A stretch of 64,000 nt of DNA from an uncultured bacterium (GTDB lineage Bacteria; Chloroflexota; UBA5177; JANWHV01). The translations under genes were made by a program, and so were the position numbers. Shown here piece by piece: positions 19,206 to 29,722 of the stretch. The stretch spans positions 352,001-416,000 of the forward strand of contig CAVSOU010000008.1 in assembly GCA_963729625.1 (NCBI GenBank), read 5' to 3'. The notes beneath the pieces were generated by a model. It saw nothing but the letters and a program-made list of their open reading frames with translations. It searched no databases and was not told the DNA's origin. Each line of letters begins with the position of its first letter. The first letter of the stretch is position 1.

Positions 19206-20759
19206 ATGAGTAACACCTTCTACATCACTACCCCCATCTACTATGTGAATGCCGAGCCGAGCACCGGCAGCGCGTACACGACAATCGTGGCCGACACGGT
19301 GACCCGCTACCAGCGCCTGTTTGGCAAGAACAGCCGCATGTTGACCGGAACCGACGAGCACGGCGATAAGGTGGCCCAGGCCGCCGCCGCCGCCGGTGTC
19401 TCGCCATTGGACTACGCCACGCGTATCAGCGACGTGTTCCGCGGCACCTGGCCGCGGCTGGGGATCGAGACAGACGACTTCATCCGTACCACCGAGCCAC
19501 GCCACGCCAAAGTCGTGCAACAGATACTGCAGATCGTGTACGACAAGGGCGAGATCTACTTTGGCGAATACGGGGGTCTCTACTGCTATGGCTGCGAGCG
19601 GTTCTACACCGAGAAAGAGCTGGTAGACGGCAAGTGCCCGCAGCACCGAACCGAGCCGACGTACATAAGCGAGAAGAATTACTTCTTCCGCATGAGCGCG
19701 TACCAGGAGTGGCTGATCCGCCTGCTTGAGGAGCGGCCGGAGATCGTGCGGCCGGACCAGTACCGGCGCGAAGTCCTCGGCTTCCTGCGCGACCCTCTTG
19801 AAGATCTGTGCATTTCGCGCCCCATCGAGCGGCTCACCTGGGGCATTCCGTTGCCGTTTGATGCCAACTACGTGACCTACGTCTGGTTCGACGCCTTGAT
19901 CAACTATGTCTCGGCTCTGGGGTTTCCCGACGGCGATCTGTACAAGACCTACTGGCCGGTAGCGCAACATATCATCGCCAAGGACATCCTGAAGCCGCAT
20001 GCCATCTTCTGGCCGTGCATGCTGCAGGCGGCAGGGATTCCTCTCTTTCAGCACCTGAACGTGCACGGCTACTGGACCATGGCCGGGCAGAAGGGATCGA
20101 AATCGGTCGGCGTCGACGGCAGCCTTGCCGAGGCCATGGCCCTCTTCCGCGCTCCGCTTGACCTGGTGCGCCGATTCGACGTCGACGGCACACGCTACTT
20201 GCTTCTGCGCGAGATGCAGTTTGGGCAGGATAGCGAGTTCAGCCCGGAGGCGCTGGTCCGGCGCTATAACGCGGATCTGGCGCATGACCTGGGAAACCTG
20301 GCGAATCGAGTCGTCAATATGACCGCCCGCTACTTCGATGGGCATATACCCGACCCGCCCGGGGAGACCGACACGGATCGCGACCTGCGCGACGCGGCCA
20401 TCGCCGCGCCCGACGCGGTGAGGTCCGCCATCGACGCCATGCTGCCGCACCAGGCGATCGGCGCGGCAATTGCCCTGGTGAAGCGGACCAACGGCTACCT
20501 GGAGCAGAAGTCGCCCTGGACGGCAGCGAAATCCGGCGACATGGAGAGCGTCGCAACCACCCTGTATTACGCGGGAGAAGCCCTGGGCATCGCCGCTACA
20601 CTGCTGCTACCGGTCATGCCGCGAAAGATGGCAGCGCTTCGCCAGGCCCTCGCATTGCCCGATCAGCCGCATGTCGGAGGTTGGGGCCACCTGGAGCCCG
20701 GCGCCGCCTTGGGCGCGTTGCCCATCCTCTTCCCGAAGATCGAGGAAGCTTCAGCCTGA
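19206..20759 (+). CDS. metG: Methionine--tRNA ligase, short form, with atypical signature motifs
   Basis: FYITTPIYYVN, TGTDEHG, FIRTT, Zn knuckle CYGC..CPQH, YVWFDAL, KDILKPH; HIGH reads STGS and KMSKS reads KGSKS. Confidence 0.93.
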   Translation: MSNTFYITTPIYYVNAEPSTGSAYTTIVADTVTRYQRLFGKNSRMLTGTDEHGDKVAQAAAAAGVSPLDYATRISDVFRGTWPRLGIETDDFIRTTEPRHAKVVQQILQIVYDKGEIYFGEYGGLYCYGCERFYTEKELVDGKCPQHRTEPTYISEKNYFFRMSAYQEWLIRLLEERPEIVRPDQYRREVLGFLRDPLEDLCISRPIERLTWGIPLPFDANYVTYVWFDALINYVSALGFPDGDLYKTYWPVAQHIIAKDILKPHAIFWPCMLQAAGIPLFQHLNVHGYWTMAGQKGSKSVGVDGSLAEAMALFRAPLDLVRRFDVDGTRYLLLREMQFGQDSEFSPEALVRRYNADLAHDLGNLANRVVNMTARYFDGHIPDPPGETDTDRDLRDAAIAAPDAVRSAIDAMLPHQAIGAAIALVKRTNGYLEQKSPWTAAKSGDMESVATTLYYAGEALGIAATLLLPVMPRKMAALRQALALPDQPHVGGWGHLEPGAALGALPILFPKIEEASA

Positions 20760-20839
20760 GGGAGGATGAGCGACGCCACGACACTGAAGGTGGCGCCGGC
20801 GAAAGGCTCGGCTCACCAGGTCGCGCTCAAGTGTTGCAT

Positions 20840-21095
20840 GCCCTTGCCCAATACGATCGCCGATCGTCCGTGCCGCGTACTCGCCGACGAGCACCTTGGG
20901 AGCGTCGTGGCTGTAGCTATCGAAGTAGGTTGCGTGGCTGTAGCTATCGAAGTAGGTTGCGTGGCTGACAAACCAATCGGGCGTTTCATAGAAATGCGGC
21001 TCGAACAGGTCCGGCCTCCGGCTGTTGATGTCGGCAGACGTTGAGATCAGCTTGATCGAGGGGTACGCCGCCTTGATCGCGTCGGAGAACTGGGC
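20840..21095 (-). pseudogene. GH51 alpha-L-arabinofuranosidase internal fragment
   Basis: FSDAIKAAYPSIKLIS..PDLFEPHFYETPDWF..FDSY..PKVLVGEYAA. Confidence 0.65.
20906..20967. repeat. 27-bp tandem duplication
   Basis: cgtggctgtagctatcgaagtaggttg twice plus an 8-bp partial copy. Confidence 0.95.
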
Positions 21096-21440
21096 GACCT
21101 CTTGGGGGCCTGTGCAGCTCCCAGCATAGTACGAGACGCGATAGGCCGCGCGTGGCCGTACTGGAATGCCGAAATAGCCTGGATTGGCCTCGCCGATGCG
21201 CTCGCCTGCGGCTACATGCGAGACAGGCAACCGCAAGCTCTCTGTACGGGCCCGCTCACGCGTGCGGAGCTGCCGGGACACTTGCGGCCGGTGCCGAGCA
21301 GCGGAAGGCCCGACAATACCGGACGGCACGGCGCTTGGACTCTTCCCAGGCCGCACCACGCCGCGCCGCCGTACCGCGTGCGGGCCCGTCCAGAAGATGG
21401 ACGGGCGTTACACTCAGGAGTAGAGCGATACAGGAGCACG

Positions 21441-22625
21441 GTGTTGAGGATCATTCTCTACACGGGCAAAGGTGGCGTCGGCAAGACAAGCACGGCCGCC
21501 GCGACGGCACTTCGCTGCGCCGACCGCGGCCAGCGCACCATCGTCGTCAGCACCGACATCGCCCATAGCCTGGCGGATTCGTTCGATATGCCGTTAGGCC
21601 CCGAGCCCGTGCAGGTTGCCTCCAACCTCTGGGCGCAGGAGACCGACGTCTACTACAACGTCGATCGTTATTACCGCGTCATCCAGGATTGGATGCACAC
21701 GCTGTTCACGTGGCGTGGACTGGACGACGTGATGGCCGAAGAGCTGGCCATATTGCCGGGCATGGACGAATTGTCCAGCCTCTTTTGGATCTCCGACCAT
21801 CACGACTCCGGCAACTTCGACACGATCATCATCGATTGCGCACCGACCGGCGAGACACTGCGCCTCCTGGCAATTCCTGACAGTGCCCGCTGGTGGCTGG
21901 AGAAGGTCCTCCCGGTGCAGCGCCGCATAGCGCAGGTCACCGGTCCGGTGGTGCGCCGTTTCACCGGCATGCCCGTGCCGAACAGCGCCGTCTTCGACGC
22001 GGGCGAGGCGCTATTCCACAGGCTGGATCGCATGCATACGCTGCTTTCCGACCCCGACCTGACGTCCGTCCGCCTGGTGGTCAACGCCGAGAAGATGGTA
22101 ATCAAGGAGGCCCAGCGGACGTACACCTACTTGAACCTCTACGGCTACGCGATCGACCTCGTCATATGCAACCGCATGCTGCCCGAGGGAGCCGAGGACG
22201 GCTATCTTGCCATCTGGCGGCAGCAGCAAGCACGCCATCGACAGACCATCGACGAGGCTTTCTCACCGCTGCCCATACGGCAGGCGCCCTATTTCGAGCA
22301 GGAGGTGTTTGGCCTGCCCATGCTCCGCCGCCTTGGCGAGGCCGTCTTCGAGCAGGACGACCCGAGCACGTTCTTCTATCGAGGCCGACCGTACGAGGTG
22401 ATGAGGGATGGGGACAACTATCGGCTTGAGATGACGCTGCCGTTCATGAGCAAGGAGCAGGTCACGGCGAAGCGGCTGGGCGACGAGCTGTTATTGCAGG
22501 TAGGCAGCTATCGTCGTACTTTGGTGTTACCACGCGCGCTCGTCGATCTGCGCGTCGAGTCGGCAGCCATGCAGGATTCCAAGCTTACTATCGCGTTTGG
22601 AGGGAAGAGAGATGGCACAGCCTAA
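21441..22625 (+). CDS. ArsA/Get3-family ATPase with C-terminal Hsp20-like domain
   Basis: GKGGVGKTS, STDIAHSL, DCAPTGET; RBS AGGAG before GTG 21441. Confidence 0.92.
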   Translation: MLRIILYTGKGGVGKTSTAAATALRCADRGQRTIVVSTDIAHSLADSFDMPLGPEPVQVASNLWAQETDVYYNVDRYYRVIQDWMHTLFTWRGLDDVMAEELAILPGMDELSSLFWISDHHDSGNFDTIIIDCAPTGETLRLLAIPDSARWWLEKVLPVQRRIAQVTGPVVRRFTGMPVPNSAVFDAGEALFHRLDRMHTLLSDPDLTSVRLVVNAEKMVIKEAQRTYTYLNLYGYAIDLVICNRMLPEGAEDGYLAIWRQQQARHRQTIDEAFSPLPIRQAPYFEQEVFGLPMLRRLGEAVFEQDDPSTFFYRGRPYEVMRDGDNYRLEMTLPFMSKEQVTAKRLGDELLLQVGSYRRTLVLPRALVDLRVESAAMQDSKLTIAFGGKRDGTA

Positions 22626-22878
22626 CGCTCCGATAGCCAGTGAAAGCCTTGAGGAAAAGGTGCGACGGCTCGAAGATCAGGTCCGCGAGCTGCGCCAGCG
22701 GGAGGCCCTGTGGCCCGGGTCGCTCGTGCGCCTTCTGCTGCCGTCCGAGGTTCGGAAGCATCTGCGCGCCGCCCAGCGCGAGCGCCTGCTTGCCGTGCGT
22801 GCTCTGATCGACGCGGCCATTCAGCGAACGGAGGAAGCGCCTGGTCCCAAGCGCGCGGAGAGCCTGCACATCGAGTAG
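22612..22878 (+). CDS. Small helical hypothetical protein coupled to the Get3-like ATPase
   Basis: Overlaps the upstream stop; EVRKHLRAAQRERLLAVRALID. Confidence 0.7.
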   Translation: MAQPNAPIASESLEEKVRRLEDQVRELRQREALWPGSLVRLLLPSEVRKHLRAAQRERLLAVRALIDAAIQRTEEAPGPKRAESLHIE

Positions 22879-22908
22879 CGCTCGAACCGTGGCGCTTTTG
22901 CGCAATTC

Positions 22909-23292
22909 GTGGTTTCACCCACACAGTACCGGTTTTCCGATGTCGTGGTCACGTGCGATGAGCGCGATCGTGGCGCGGCACGGGAAGCACAGAGCCCGCG
23001 CGTCGTGCTAGAAGTGCTCTCCGACTCGACCGAGCGGGAAGATCGCACCGATAAGTTTGCCCTGGTGCGCACCTGTCCCAGCGTCCAAGAATATGTGTTG
23101 ATCTTGACGCGGTACCAAGCAGTGGAAGTCTACCGCCGCGCGGAGCCTCACTGGACGTACGAGGGTTACGGACCAGAGGATAGCGTGGAGTTGACGAGCA
23201 TCGGCGTACGGCTCTTGGTCTCAGACCTCTATCAGCTCACGGACGTCCCAGGGCGCAGTGAGCCGCGGCAGCACGGAGAGAGCAGGACATGA
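22909..23292 (+). pseudogene. Uma2/DUF820 endonuclease, N-terminally truncated
   Basis: DVVVTCDERD..PRVVLEVLSDSTE..DK..SVQEYVLI; N-terminus missing. Confidence 0.75.
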
Positions 23293-23316
23293 CACGTCAC
23301 CGTACCACTATGCCTG

Positions 23317-24285
23317 TCAGTTCCGCGCTTCCAGCCTGACGGCTGCCGCGCGCCGGGCCGGCCATGGCACACGCAGCCGCTCCTGCGAGACGGCCACGCC
23401 AAGAACGACGACCACGGCGCCGATTGGCTGGTTCCAGCTCAGGTGCTCACCGAGGAAAGCCACGCCCGCTACCGTCGAGAAGAGCGGGATCACATAGGTT
23501 ACGGTCGAGGTGACCGTGGCTCCGGCATCGCGTACCAGCGCATAGTTCAACACGTAGGCAATACCGGTGCCCAGTGCGCCGAGGGCAAAAATGCTCAACA
23601 CCACCCGAAGCGGTATGGTGGCCGGCATGTGCGTGGTGAAAGGTGCGACGACGCCGAGCTCGACGGTGCCGCACAGCAACTGGCCGGCCGCTAGCGCCAG
23701 CATGGACTCCGATCTGCCGGTCAATACCCGCCGCGAATAGGGATAGCCAAGACCGTAGCAGCCGGCCGCCGCCAGGCAGGCCAGGCTTCCGAGCAGCGCG
23801 GCCCCGCCAAGCCCGCTCCAGATACCCAGCACCACCAGGACACCCAGGAAGCCGATCGCCAGTCCGGCAACGCGCGACCGCGTCGGGCGCTCCTCCGGCA
23901 AGGCCGCGAGCACCACCACGAGCGTGAGAAGCGGGGTCGTGGCATTCCAGATGCCTGCCAGGACCGACGTTACATGTGTCTCGCCGTAGGCAAAGAGCGT
24001 AAACGGCAGCGTGTTGAGCAACAGTGCCGCCGCCGCCAGCCTGATCCAGATCGAGCCGAAGGCAGGCAGTCCCTCGCGCCTGACGGCAAGAATAATCAAC
24101 AATGTGCCTGTGCCCACCGCCATGCGGCCGAGCGCGACCTGCACCGGCGCCAACACTTCGTCGCCGACCTTGATGAACAGGAAGCTCATGCCCCAAATGG
24201 CTGCTAGCAGGAGGAAGCGGCCGCGCCAATCTGATGTTTCCCGATCGGGATGAGGGGCCGATTGTCGATGGTTCTTGAAGCTCAT
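23317..24285 (-). CDS. EamA/DMT family transporter
   Basis: LLLAAIWGMSFLFIKV; about ten TM helices; FLGEHL. Confidence 0.92.
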   Translation of the reverse strand: MSFKNHRQSAPHPDRETSDWRGRFLLLAAIWGMSFLFIKVGDEVLAPVQVALGRMAVGTGTLLIILAVRREGLPAFGSIWIRLAAAALLLNTLPFTLFAYGETHVTSVLAGIWNATTPLLTLVVVLAALPEERPTRSRVAGLAIGFLGVLVVLGIWSGLGGAALLGSLACLAAAGCYGLGYPYSRRVLTGRSESMLALAAGQLLCGTVELGVVAPFTTHMPATIPLRVVLSIFALGALGTGIAYVLNYALVRDAGATVTSTVTYVIPLFSTVAGVAFLGEHLSWNQPIGAVVVVLGVAVSQERLRVPWPARRAAAVRLEARN

Positions 24286-24469
24286 TCCCCTACTGTACCG
24301 GAGTCGGACTCGCCGGCGCTGGCGGAATCCGGACATGGTCGTGGGCGAGTTGCCGACACCATGAAGCAACTGCTGGAGCAGCTCCGCTCGAGACTACTCC
24401 AGCAGTCGCAGAGACATATACCGGGGTCAACCTAGGCGGCGAATTCTGACGCATCACCGCAAAGAGGCG

Positions 24470-25657
24470 CTAGAACTGCCCTTGGGCGATTCCCGCAACG
24501 GTGATTCCAGAGGGCGTGGCACCGGCCGGCAACGCCATCGGTGAGGTTGGGCTTGCCAACATGTAACCGTCATGGAGATGGACCATGCTCACGGCCTTGG
24601 GGCCGTTATCGATCCCATAGAGGTTGCGGCCACTCGGATCGACGCGCAGGTCGAGCGGAGCCGGGCCAGTGCCGGCCATGGGAAGATCCCCGAGCAGGGA
24701 CAGCGATCCATCGAAGTTGATGGCGTAGCTCGAGATGGAGCCGCTCCCGGTGTTGGCGGTGAAGAGATACTGGCCATCGGGCGAGATCGCCACCCAGCAA
24801 GGAGCTGCCTGCTGATCCGCAAAGGGGGAGGTGCCAATCGACGTCAAGGCACCATTCCAGGCTACGTGAAACGCGGACACCGTGCCAAGAAGCGCGCCGT
24901 TGTGGGCGTTGGAGACAAACAGCTGGGAGGGATTGGTGGGCCGGAACGCGCTGCCGAATGGACCGGCGCCTTGCGCAGTGAACGGCGAGCCGGATGCCGG
25001 CGTGAGCCCGCCCTGCCGGTTCACCATAAAGCTGTCGATCAGGTTATCGGCAACCTCGACGCCGATCAGGTGCGTGCCGTCGCCGCTGAAGAGCACGTCG
25101 CCGAGATCGTTGGCGGCGCCGGGGACCTGCACCGGCGCGCTGGTCACGGGCGATAGCTGGCCGGCACCATTTAGGAAGAAGCCGGCATAGTTGGCGGAGA
25201 CGGAAGAGATAGCCGAGCCGTCATTCGCCACGTACACCAAGGGTCCATGGACCGCGATGCTCACCGGCTGAACACCGCCGGAGGCGAACGGGCTGTTGGC
25301 TACCGGCAGGAGGCCGCCGCCGGGCTGGATAGTCAGGACCGAGATCTGGTTGCTGCCCCCATCCGCCACGAGGAGGAAGCGGTCATCCGGCGTGACCTGT
25401 ATGGCATCCTGCGAGCCAAGACCCTTGCCGAGGCCCGCCCCGCCCACCGCGAACGGGGAGCCGGGGAGGACCGTCAGCGAGCCATCGGCGTTCTCGCTGT
25501 ATCCGGCGACGGTGTTCCCGGCGGCCGTGTTGTCATTCACATAGACATATGCCGGCGCGTTTCGGTCAGCGAGGATGTGCTGCGCCGAGCTTACCGTCCC
25601 ACCTGCCGCCAGGGCAAGCAGGCCGGCGATTGCGGCGAGACGTGGTAGTACCTGCAT
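24470..25657 (-). CDS. Secreted lactonase-family beta-propeller protein
   Basis: Signal peptide; repeated GSPF/PCWVAISPDG blades. Confidence 0.85.
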   Translation of the reverse strand: MQVLPRLAAIAGLLALAAGGTVSSAQHILADRNAPAYVYVNDNTAAGNTVAGYSENADGSLTVLPGSPFAVGGAGLGKGLGSQDAIQVTPDDRFLLVADGGSNQISVLTIQPGGGLLPVANSPFASGGVQPVSIAVHGPLVYVANDGSAISSVSANYAGFFLNGAGQLSPVTSAPVQVPGAANDLGDVLFSGDGTHLIGVEVADNLIDSFMVNRQGGLTPASGSPFTAQGAGPFGSAFRPTNPSQLFVSNAHNGALLGTVSAFHVAWNGALTSIGTSPFADQQAAPCWVAISPDGQYLFTANTGSGSISSYAINFDGSLSLLGDLPMAGTGPAPLDLRVDPSGRNLYGIDNGPKAVSMVHLHDGYMLASPTSPMALPAGATPSGITVAGIAQGQF

Positions 25658-26113
25658 GGTGACGCTCTCCTGTACTGCTATGTTGTGCGCTGAGCGTATA
25701 CTCGCTCAGTCCGCGTGATGCTATGGACGTGGGTCTCGACTGGGTGCGCAACGCGCTGCGCGGCATCGCCGGCTTCGGGGCGAAAGTGGGTATCGGTGTC
25801 CGGGGCCGCTGGAGCCCGCGCGTAGGCAGGTTGTTGGCCTGCCCAGCCGGTTGCGCGTGCGGCTATGCTGCGCGCACTATCTTGGGTTGATGGAGCCTCC
25901 TTTCGATCCCGCTGGCGCTGGACTTTATCAACTCACCCACACTCTCTAGTCTTGCCAGGCGGCCAAACGTTACGGAGCGATTGTGTTTGCCCTCGAATCC
26001 CTGATCGGGTACCGTGGTCGCCGCTACGCATGTTGCTCCGAGAGTGAGCGCGCGACGAGTGGCACGAATCCAACACGGCACGCCGGACGAATCTCTCTCA
26101 CGGGGAGGGAAAG

Positions 26114-26815
26114 ATGGAGCAGTCGGCAACGAACGCAGTCGATCGTCTACCTGGCGTGCATGGCTCCGGAGATGGGTTGGTGGTCGCGGCACTGCAACGG
26201 GGCGACGAGACTGCCTTTGCCGCGCTGATCGAGGCGTATCACGCCTCCATGATGCGCGTTGCTCTGGTCTATGTATCGCACATGGACGTGGCGCGAGAAG
26301 TCGTCCAGGAAACCTGGCTGGAGGTGTTCCGCGGTCTGGCAAGGTTTGAAGGCCGCTCGTCGCTCAAGACCTGGATCTTCCGCATCCTCGCCAACACTGC
26401 CAAGAGCCGCGGCCAGCAAGAAGCACGCAGTGTGCCATTCTCCGCGCTCCCCGGCCGCGATGCCGATCTGGACGGGCCCGCTGTGCCGCCTGAGCGCTTT
26501 CGTCACAGCGAGCCGTGGCAAGGGGGCTGGCTCATTGCGCCTTCCAGTTGGGAGGATCGCCCAGAAAACCTCACTCTTTCGAGGGAAGCGCAGGCCTGCA
26601 TCGACGCGGCGATAGCAGCACTTTCCCCTCAGCAGCGTGAGGTAATCCGGCTGCGCGACGTGGTCGGTTGCACGGCGGACGAAGTCTGCGCCCTCCTCGA
26701 CATCAGCGCCGCCAATCAGCGCGTCTTGCTGCATCGCGCCCGTTCCAAAGTGCGCGGTGTTCTTGAAGCGTATTTCGATCCCGATCTCGGTGCGACCTCC
26801 GGTCACGTGCCTTGA
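26114..26815 (+). CDS. ECF RNA polymerase sigma factor
   Basis: EVVQETWL..FEGRSSLKTWIFRI; region 4 QRVLLHRAR. Confidence 0.92.
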   Translation: MEQSATNAVDRLPGVHGSGDGLVVAALQRGDETAFAALIEAYHASMMRVALVYVSHMDVAREVVQETWLEVFRGLARFEGRSSLKTWIFRILANTAKSRGQQEARSVPFSALPGRDADLDGPAVPPERFRHSEPWQGGWLIAPSSWEDRPENLTLSREAQACIDAAIAALSPQQREVIRLRDVVGCTADEVCALLDISAANQRVLLHRARSKVRGVLEAYFDPDLGATSGHVP

Positions 26816-27008
26816 GCCCGCACAGTGTGTTGACCGGGGTGTGCCTCGATTCGGCCGCAACACTGCTGTAACAACTTGGCACCTCGCGGGACTATACTCT
26901 ATACGGGCGAGTGTGGATAGCGGGAGATTTCCGAGCAACTGCGGTGCGCCTCGAAGGCTACTCCTGCGCCCCGGTGTTCCGCCTGGGTGTGCCAAAAGGT
27001 ATGTGATG

Positions 27009-27254
27009 ATGGCGACGAACGAGCTAACCTGTCAAGAGCTGGTTGAGCTCGTGACCGAATACCTCGAGGAGACACTCCCCCCAGAGGCGAAACGACGATT
27101 TGAAGCGCATATCGACATGTGCGCTCCATGCACGATATACCTGGCACAAATGCGCCAGGCCATCGCCATGACCGGCTGGCTGCGTGAAGACGACCTTGAG
27201 CCGCACATTAAGGAAAAGCTGCTCGACCTCTTTCGCCATTGGAGAGCAGGCTGA
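27009..27254 (+). CDS. zf-HC2 anti-sigma factor (soluble)
   Basis: LTCQELVELVTEYLE..FEAHIDMCAPC (HxxxCxxC). Confidence 0.88.
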   Translation: MATNELTCQELVELVTEYLEETLPPEAKRRFEAHIDMCAPCTIYLAQMRQAIAMTGWLREDDLEPHIKEKLLDLFRHWRAG

Positions 27255-27324
27255 TGCCTCAAGTGGGCAATGGCAGGCAACCGTCCACGCCGACCTTCGG
27301 CCTGACCAATGCCACGCGTTCCTG

Positions 27325-28551
27325 CTACATCGCCGCCATCTCGACCATAGCTGGCGTGGGCATCCCGCTGGTAAGCGGCTCGATATAGCGGCGGATGGCC
27401 AGCGCGACCGCCGCTCCTTCGCCCGCAGCGGAGGCTGCCTGCTTGGTGCTGCCGGCACGGCAGTCGCCCGCGGCGAAGAGGCCCGGCACGTCAGTCTGGA
27501 GCATGCCGTCGGTGCACACGAAGCCCTGCGCGTCGAGCATCGCCACGCCTTTTACCAGAGCGGTATTGGGACTCAGACCAATGAAGACAAACACCCCATC
27601 CGGATGTAGCTCCCGCACGTCCCCCGTCCTAGTGTCCCGCACGACCACCGTTTGCAGCTTGTCGGTACCCCGAAACTCGGCAGGGGTCGCGTTGGTAAGC
27701 ACCGTCATCCGGGGATGCATATGTACTTTCTCCACCACCACCTTGCTGGCCGAGAGGGCATCAGCGCGAGTGACGATCGTGACATGCTCGGCAAACTTCG
27801 TCAGGAAGATCCCCTCCTCGCCCGCGGAATTGCCTCCGCCGATCACCAGCACGTCTTTGCCGCGGTAGAAAGCGCCGTCGCAGGTGGCGCAGAAGTGCAC
27901 GCCGGCGCCGATGAAGTCCTCCTCGCCGGGAATGCCCAGGCGGCGATAGGTAGAACCGAGCGCCAGCAGGACAGCCCACGCACGATACTCGTTGCCGTCG
28001 GCGGTGCACACCACCCGGTAGTTGCCGTCGACTCCGATGCTCGTCACCTCCTGCGCGGAGAGGATCTCCACGCCGAACCGCTCCGATTGCTGGCGAAGGC
28101 GGCCGGCGAACTCCGCGCCGGTGATACCCTCCGGGAATCCGGGGAAGTTGTCCAGGCGCTCCGTAATGCCGGCCTGTCCGCCGATGCCGGCGCGCTCGAT
28201 CACCAGGGTGTCTATCCCTTCGCGGGCGGCGTAGAGCGCGGCAGTCAGACCAGCAGGCCCGCTGCCGACCACGATCAGATCATAGAAGCGGTTCCTAGCC
28301 ATCGTCTGCAGGCCGAGCTTGGCTGCAAGCTCGGCGTTCGAGGGTTCCACCAGGGTCGATCCATCTTCGAAGACGATTACGGGAATAATGTGCTTGCCGC
28401 CGTTGGCCCGCTCGACCACGGCCAATCCCTGGGCATCGGCGTCCACGTCCACGAAGCTGTAGTGAACTCGCTGCTCGCCAAAGAACATCTTGGTCCGTTT
28501 GCAGTCGCTGCACCAGTGTGTGCCGTAGAGAGTGATGTTGGTGTGCGACAT
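27325..28551 (-). CDS. Thioredoxin reductase with fused N-terminal glutaredoxin domain
   Basis: WCSDC Grx motif; GSGPAG, CATCDG, GGGNSA, AAGD. Confidence 0.92.
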   Translation of the reverse strand: MSHTNITLYGTHWCSDCKRTKMFFGEQRVHYSFVDVDADAQGLAVVERANGGKHIIPVIVFEDGSTLVEPSNAELAAKLGLQTMARNRFYDLIVVGSGPAGLTAALYAAREGIDTLVIERAGIGGQAGITERLDNFPGFPEGITGAEFAGRLRQQSERFGVEILSAQEVTSIGVDGNYRVVCTADGNEYRAWAVLLALGSTYRRLGIPGEEDFIGAGVHFCATCDGAFYRGKDVLVIGGGNSAGEEGIFLTKFAEHVTIVTRADALSASKVVVEKVHMHPRMTVLTNATPAEFRGTDKLQTVVVRDTRTGDVRELHPDGVFVFIGLSPNTALVKGVAMLDAQGFVCTDGMLQTDVPGLFAAGDCRAGSTKQAASAAGEGAAVALAIRRYIEPLTSGMPTPAMVEMAAM

Positions 28552-28917
28552 TCCAGATTCTCCTTCCTCCAGCCAGATTCTCACCGTCCCGGCGGCCAAC
28601 CGTAGCGAATTTGAACGGCGTACCTTGTCGAATGATGCGTGTAGAACTGCCTGCGCGATGGGTCTGCCGGCGTGGCGAGTTGGCACCACGGCGCGGCTTT
28701 GACGCGGGGAAGGACCCGCGTTGTCACTTAAGGATATCGAGAACCCGGCGGACTTGCGGGCCCTCTAGCGATTGCAGACGTGAGCCACCGAAGCGCTTCC
28801 ATGCGCGAACGTCGCACACCCGGCGCGAGCCTGGGCATAGAGCCGCACACAGCGTGCTCGTCAGACGAGGAGCGGGCCCAGCCGAAAGGTTGCGCACGGC
28901 GATCGGGTGATCGGTGC

Positions 28918-29694
28918 TTAGTTCCCGCGAAAGACGGGCTTTCGCTTCTCCAGGAACGCGTTGATCCCTTCCTGGTAGTCGTTGCTGTCGTAGACCTCGC
29001 GGCGCAGGGCCTGAATGCGTTCATACGCTTCCGGGTTCAACGGATGCGCGCCCGCCAGGACACGGATCTCTTCCTTCATAATCCTGTGCACGAGTGGCGC
29101 CGCCTCGGTAATCTTTCTTGCCAGATCCATGGTGAACGGTTGCAGTCGATCGCGCGGCACGACGTGATTGATCACGCCGCAGGCCAGGAGCCGCGCCGCC
29201 GGAACCGGCTCGGCGGTAAATAGCATCTCTTTGATGAAATGCATATCGGCACCGTTCATGAAATTGAGAATGCCGGACAGGTTGTAGGGAACGCCGAGCC
29301 TCGCCGGCGTGATGGCAAACGTGGCGTCGTTGGCGGCAATGATCAGATCGCAGCTCATGACCAGCTCACACGCCCCGCCCCAGACGGAACCCTCGATCAT
29401 CGCCATGACCGGGAGCGGGCACGTTTCGATCTTGCGCACAACCGTGCGCAGGGGATCATTGTAGGTCAGTGGATCGCGGCCATTGGTTGGGAGCTCCCGC
29501 ACGTCATGGCCGGCAGAGAAAATAGCGGCCCCTTCCGGTGCGCGGAGAATCACGACGCGGGCCCCCTGGCACGTCATCTCCTCCAGAGCCGTGGTAAGGT
29601 CGGCCATCAGCTCCTTGTTGAGAGCATTGACCCGCCCATGATTCAAGGTGATGGTGCCGATTGTGTCGGCAATACTGGTGAGAACAAGCGGCAT
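28918..29694 (-). CDS. scpB: Methylmalonyl-CoA decarboxylase (crotonase fold)
   Basis: FSAGHDVRELPTNGRDPLTYNDPL, GSVWGGACE, YERIQALRR. Confidence 0.88.
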   Translation of the reverse strand: MPLVLTSIADTIGTITLNHGRVNALNKELMADLTTALEEMTCQGARVVILRAPEGAAIFSAGHDVRELPTNGRDPLTYNDPLRTVVRKIETCPLPVMAMIEGSVWGGACELVMSCDLIIAANDATFAITPARLGVPYNLSGILNFMNGADMHFIKEMLFTAEPVPAARLLACGVINHVVPRDRLQPFTMDLARKITEAAPLVHRIMKEEIRVLAGAHPLNPEAYERIQALRREVYDSNDYQEGINAFLEKRKPVFRGN

Positions 29695-29722
29695 GTTGCG
29701 GTCCCTTTCGACAGGCTCCGGG

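Noticed and set aside
21102-22625. Arsenite-resistance ArsA with a long N-terminal extension
   Set aside because: Single ATPase domain, no ars operon; the RBS supports a start at 21441
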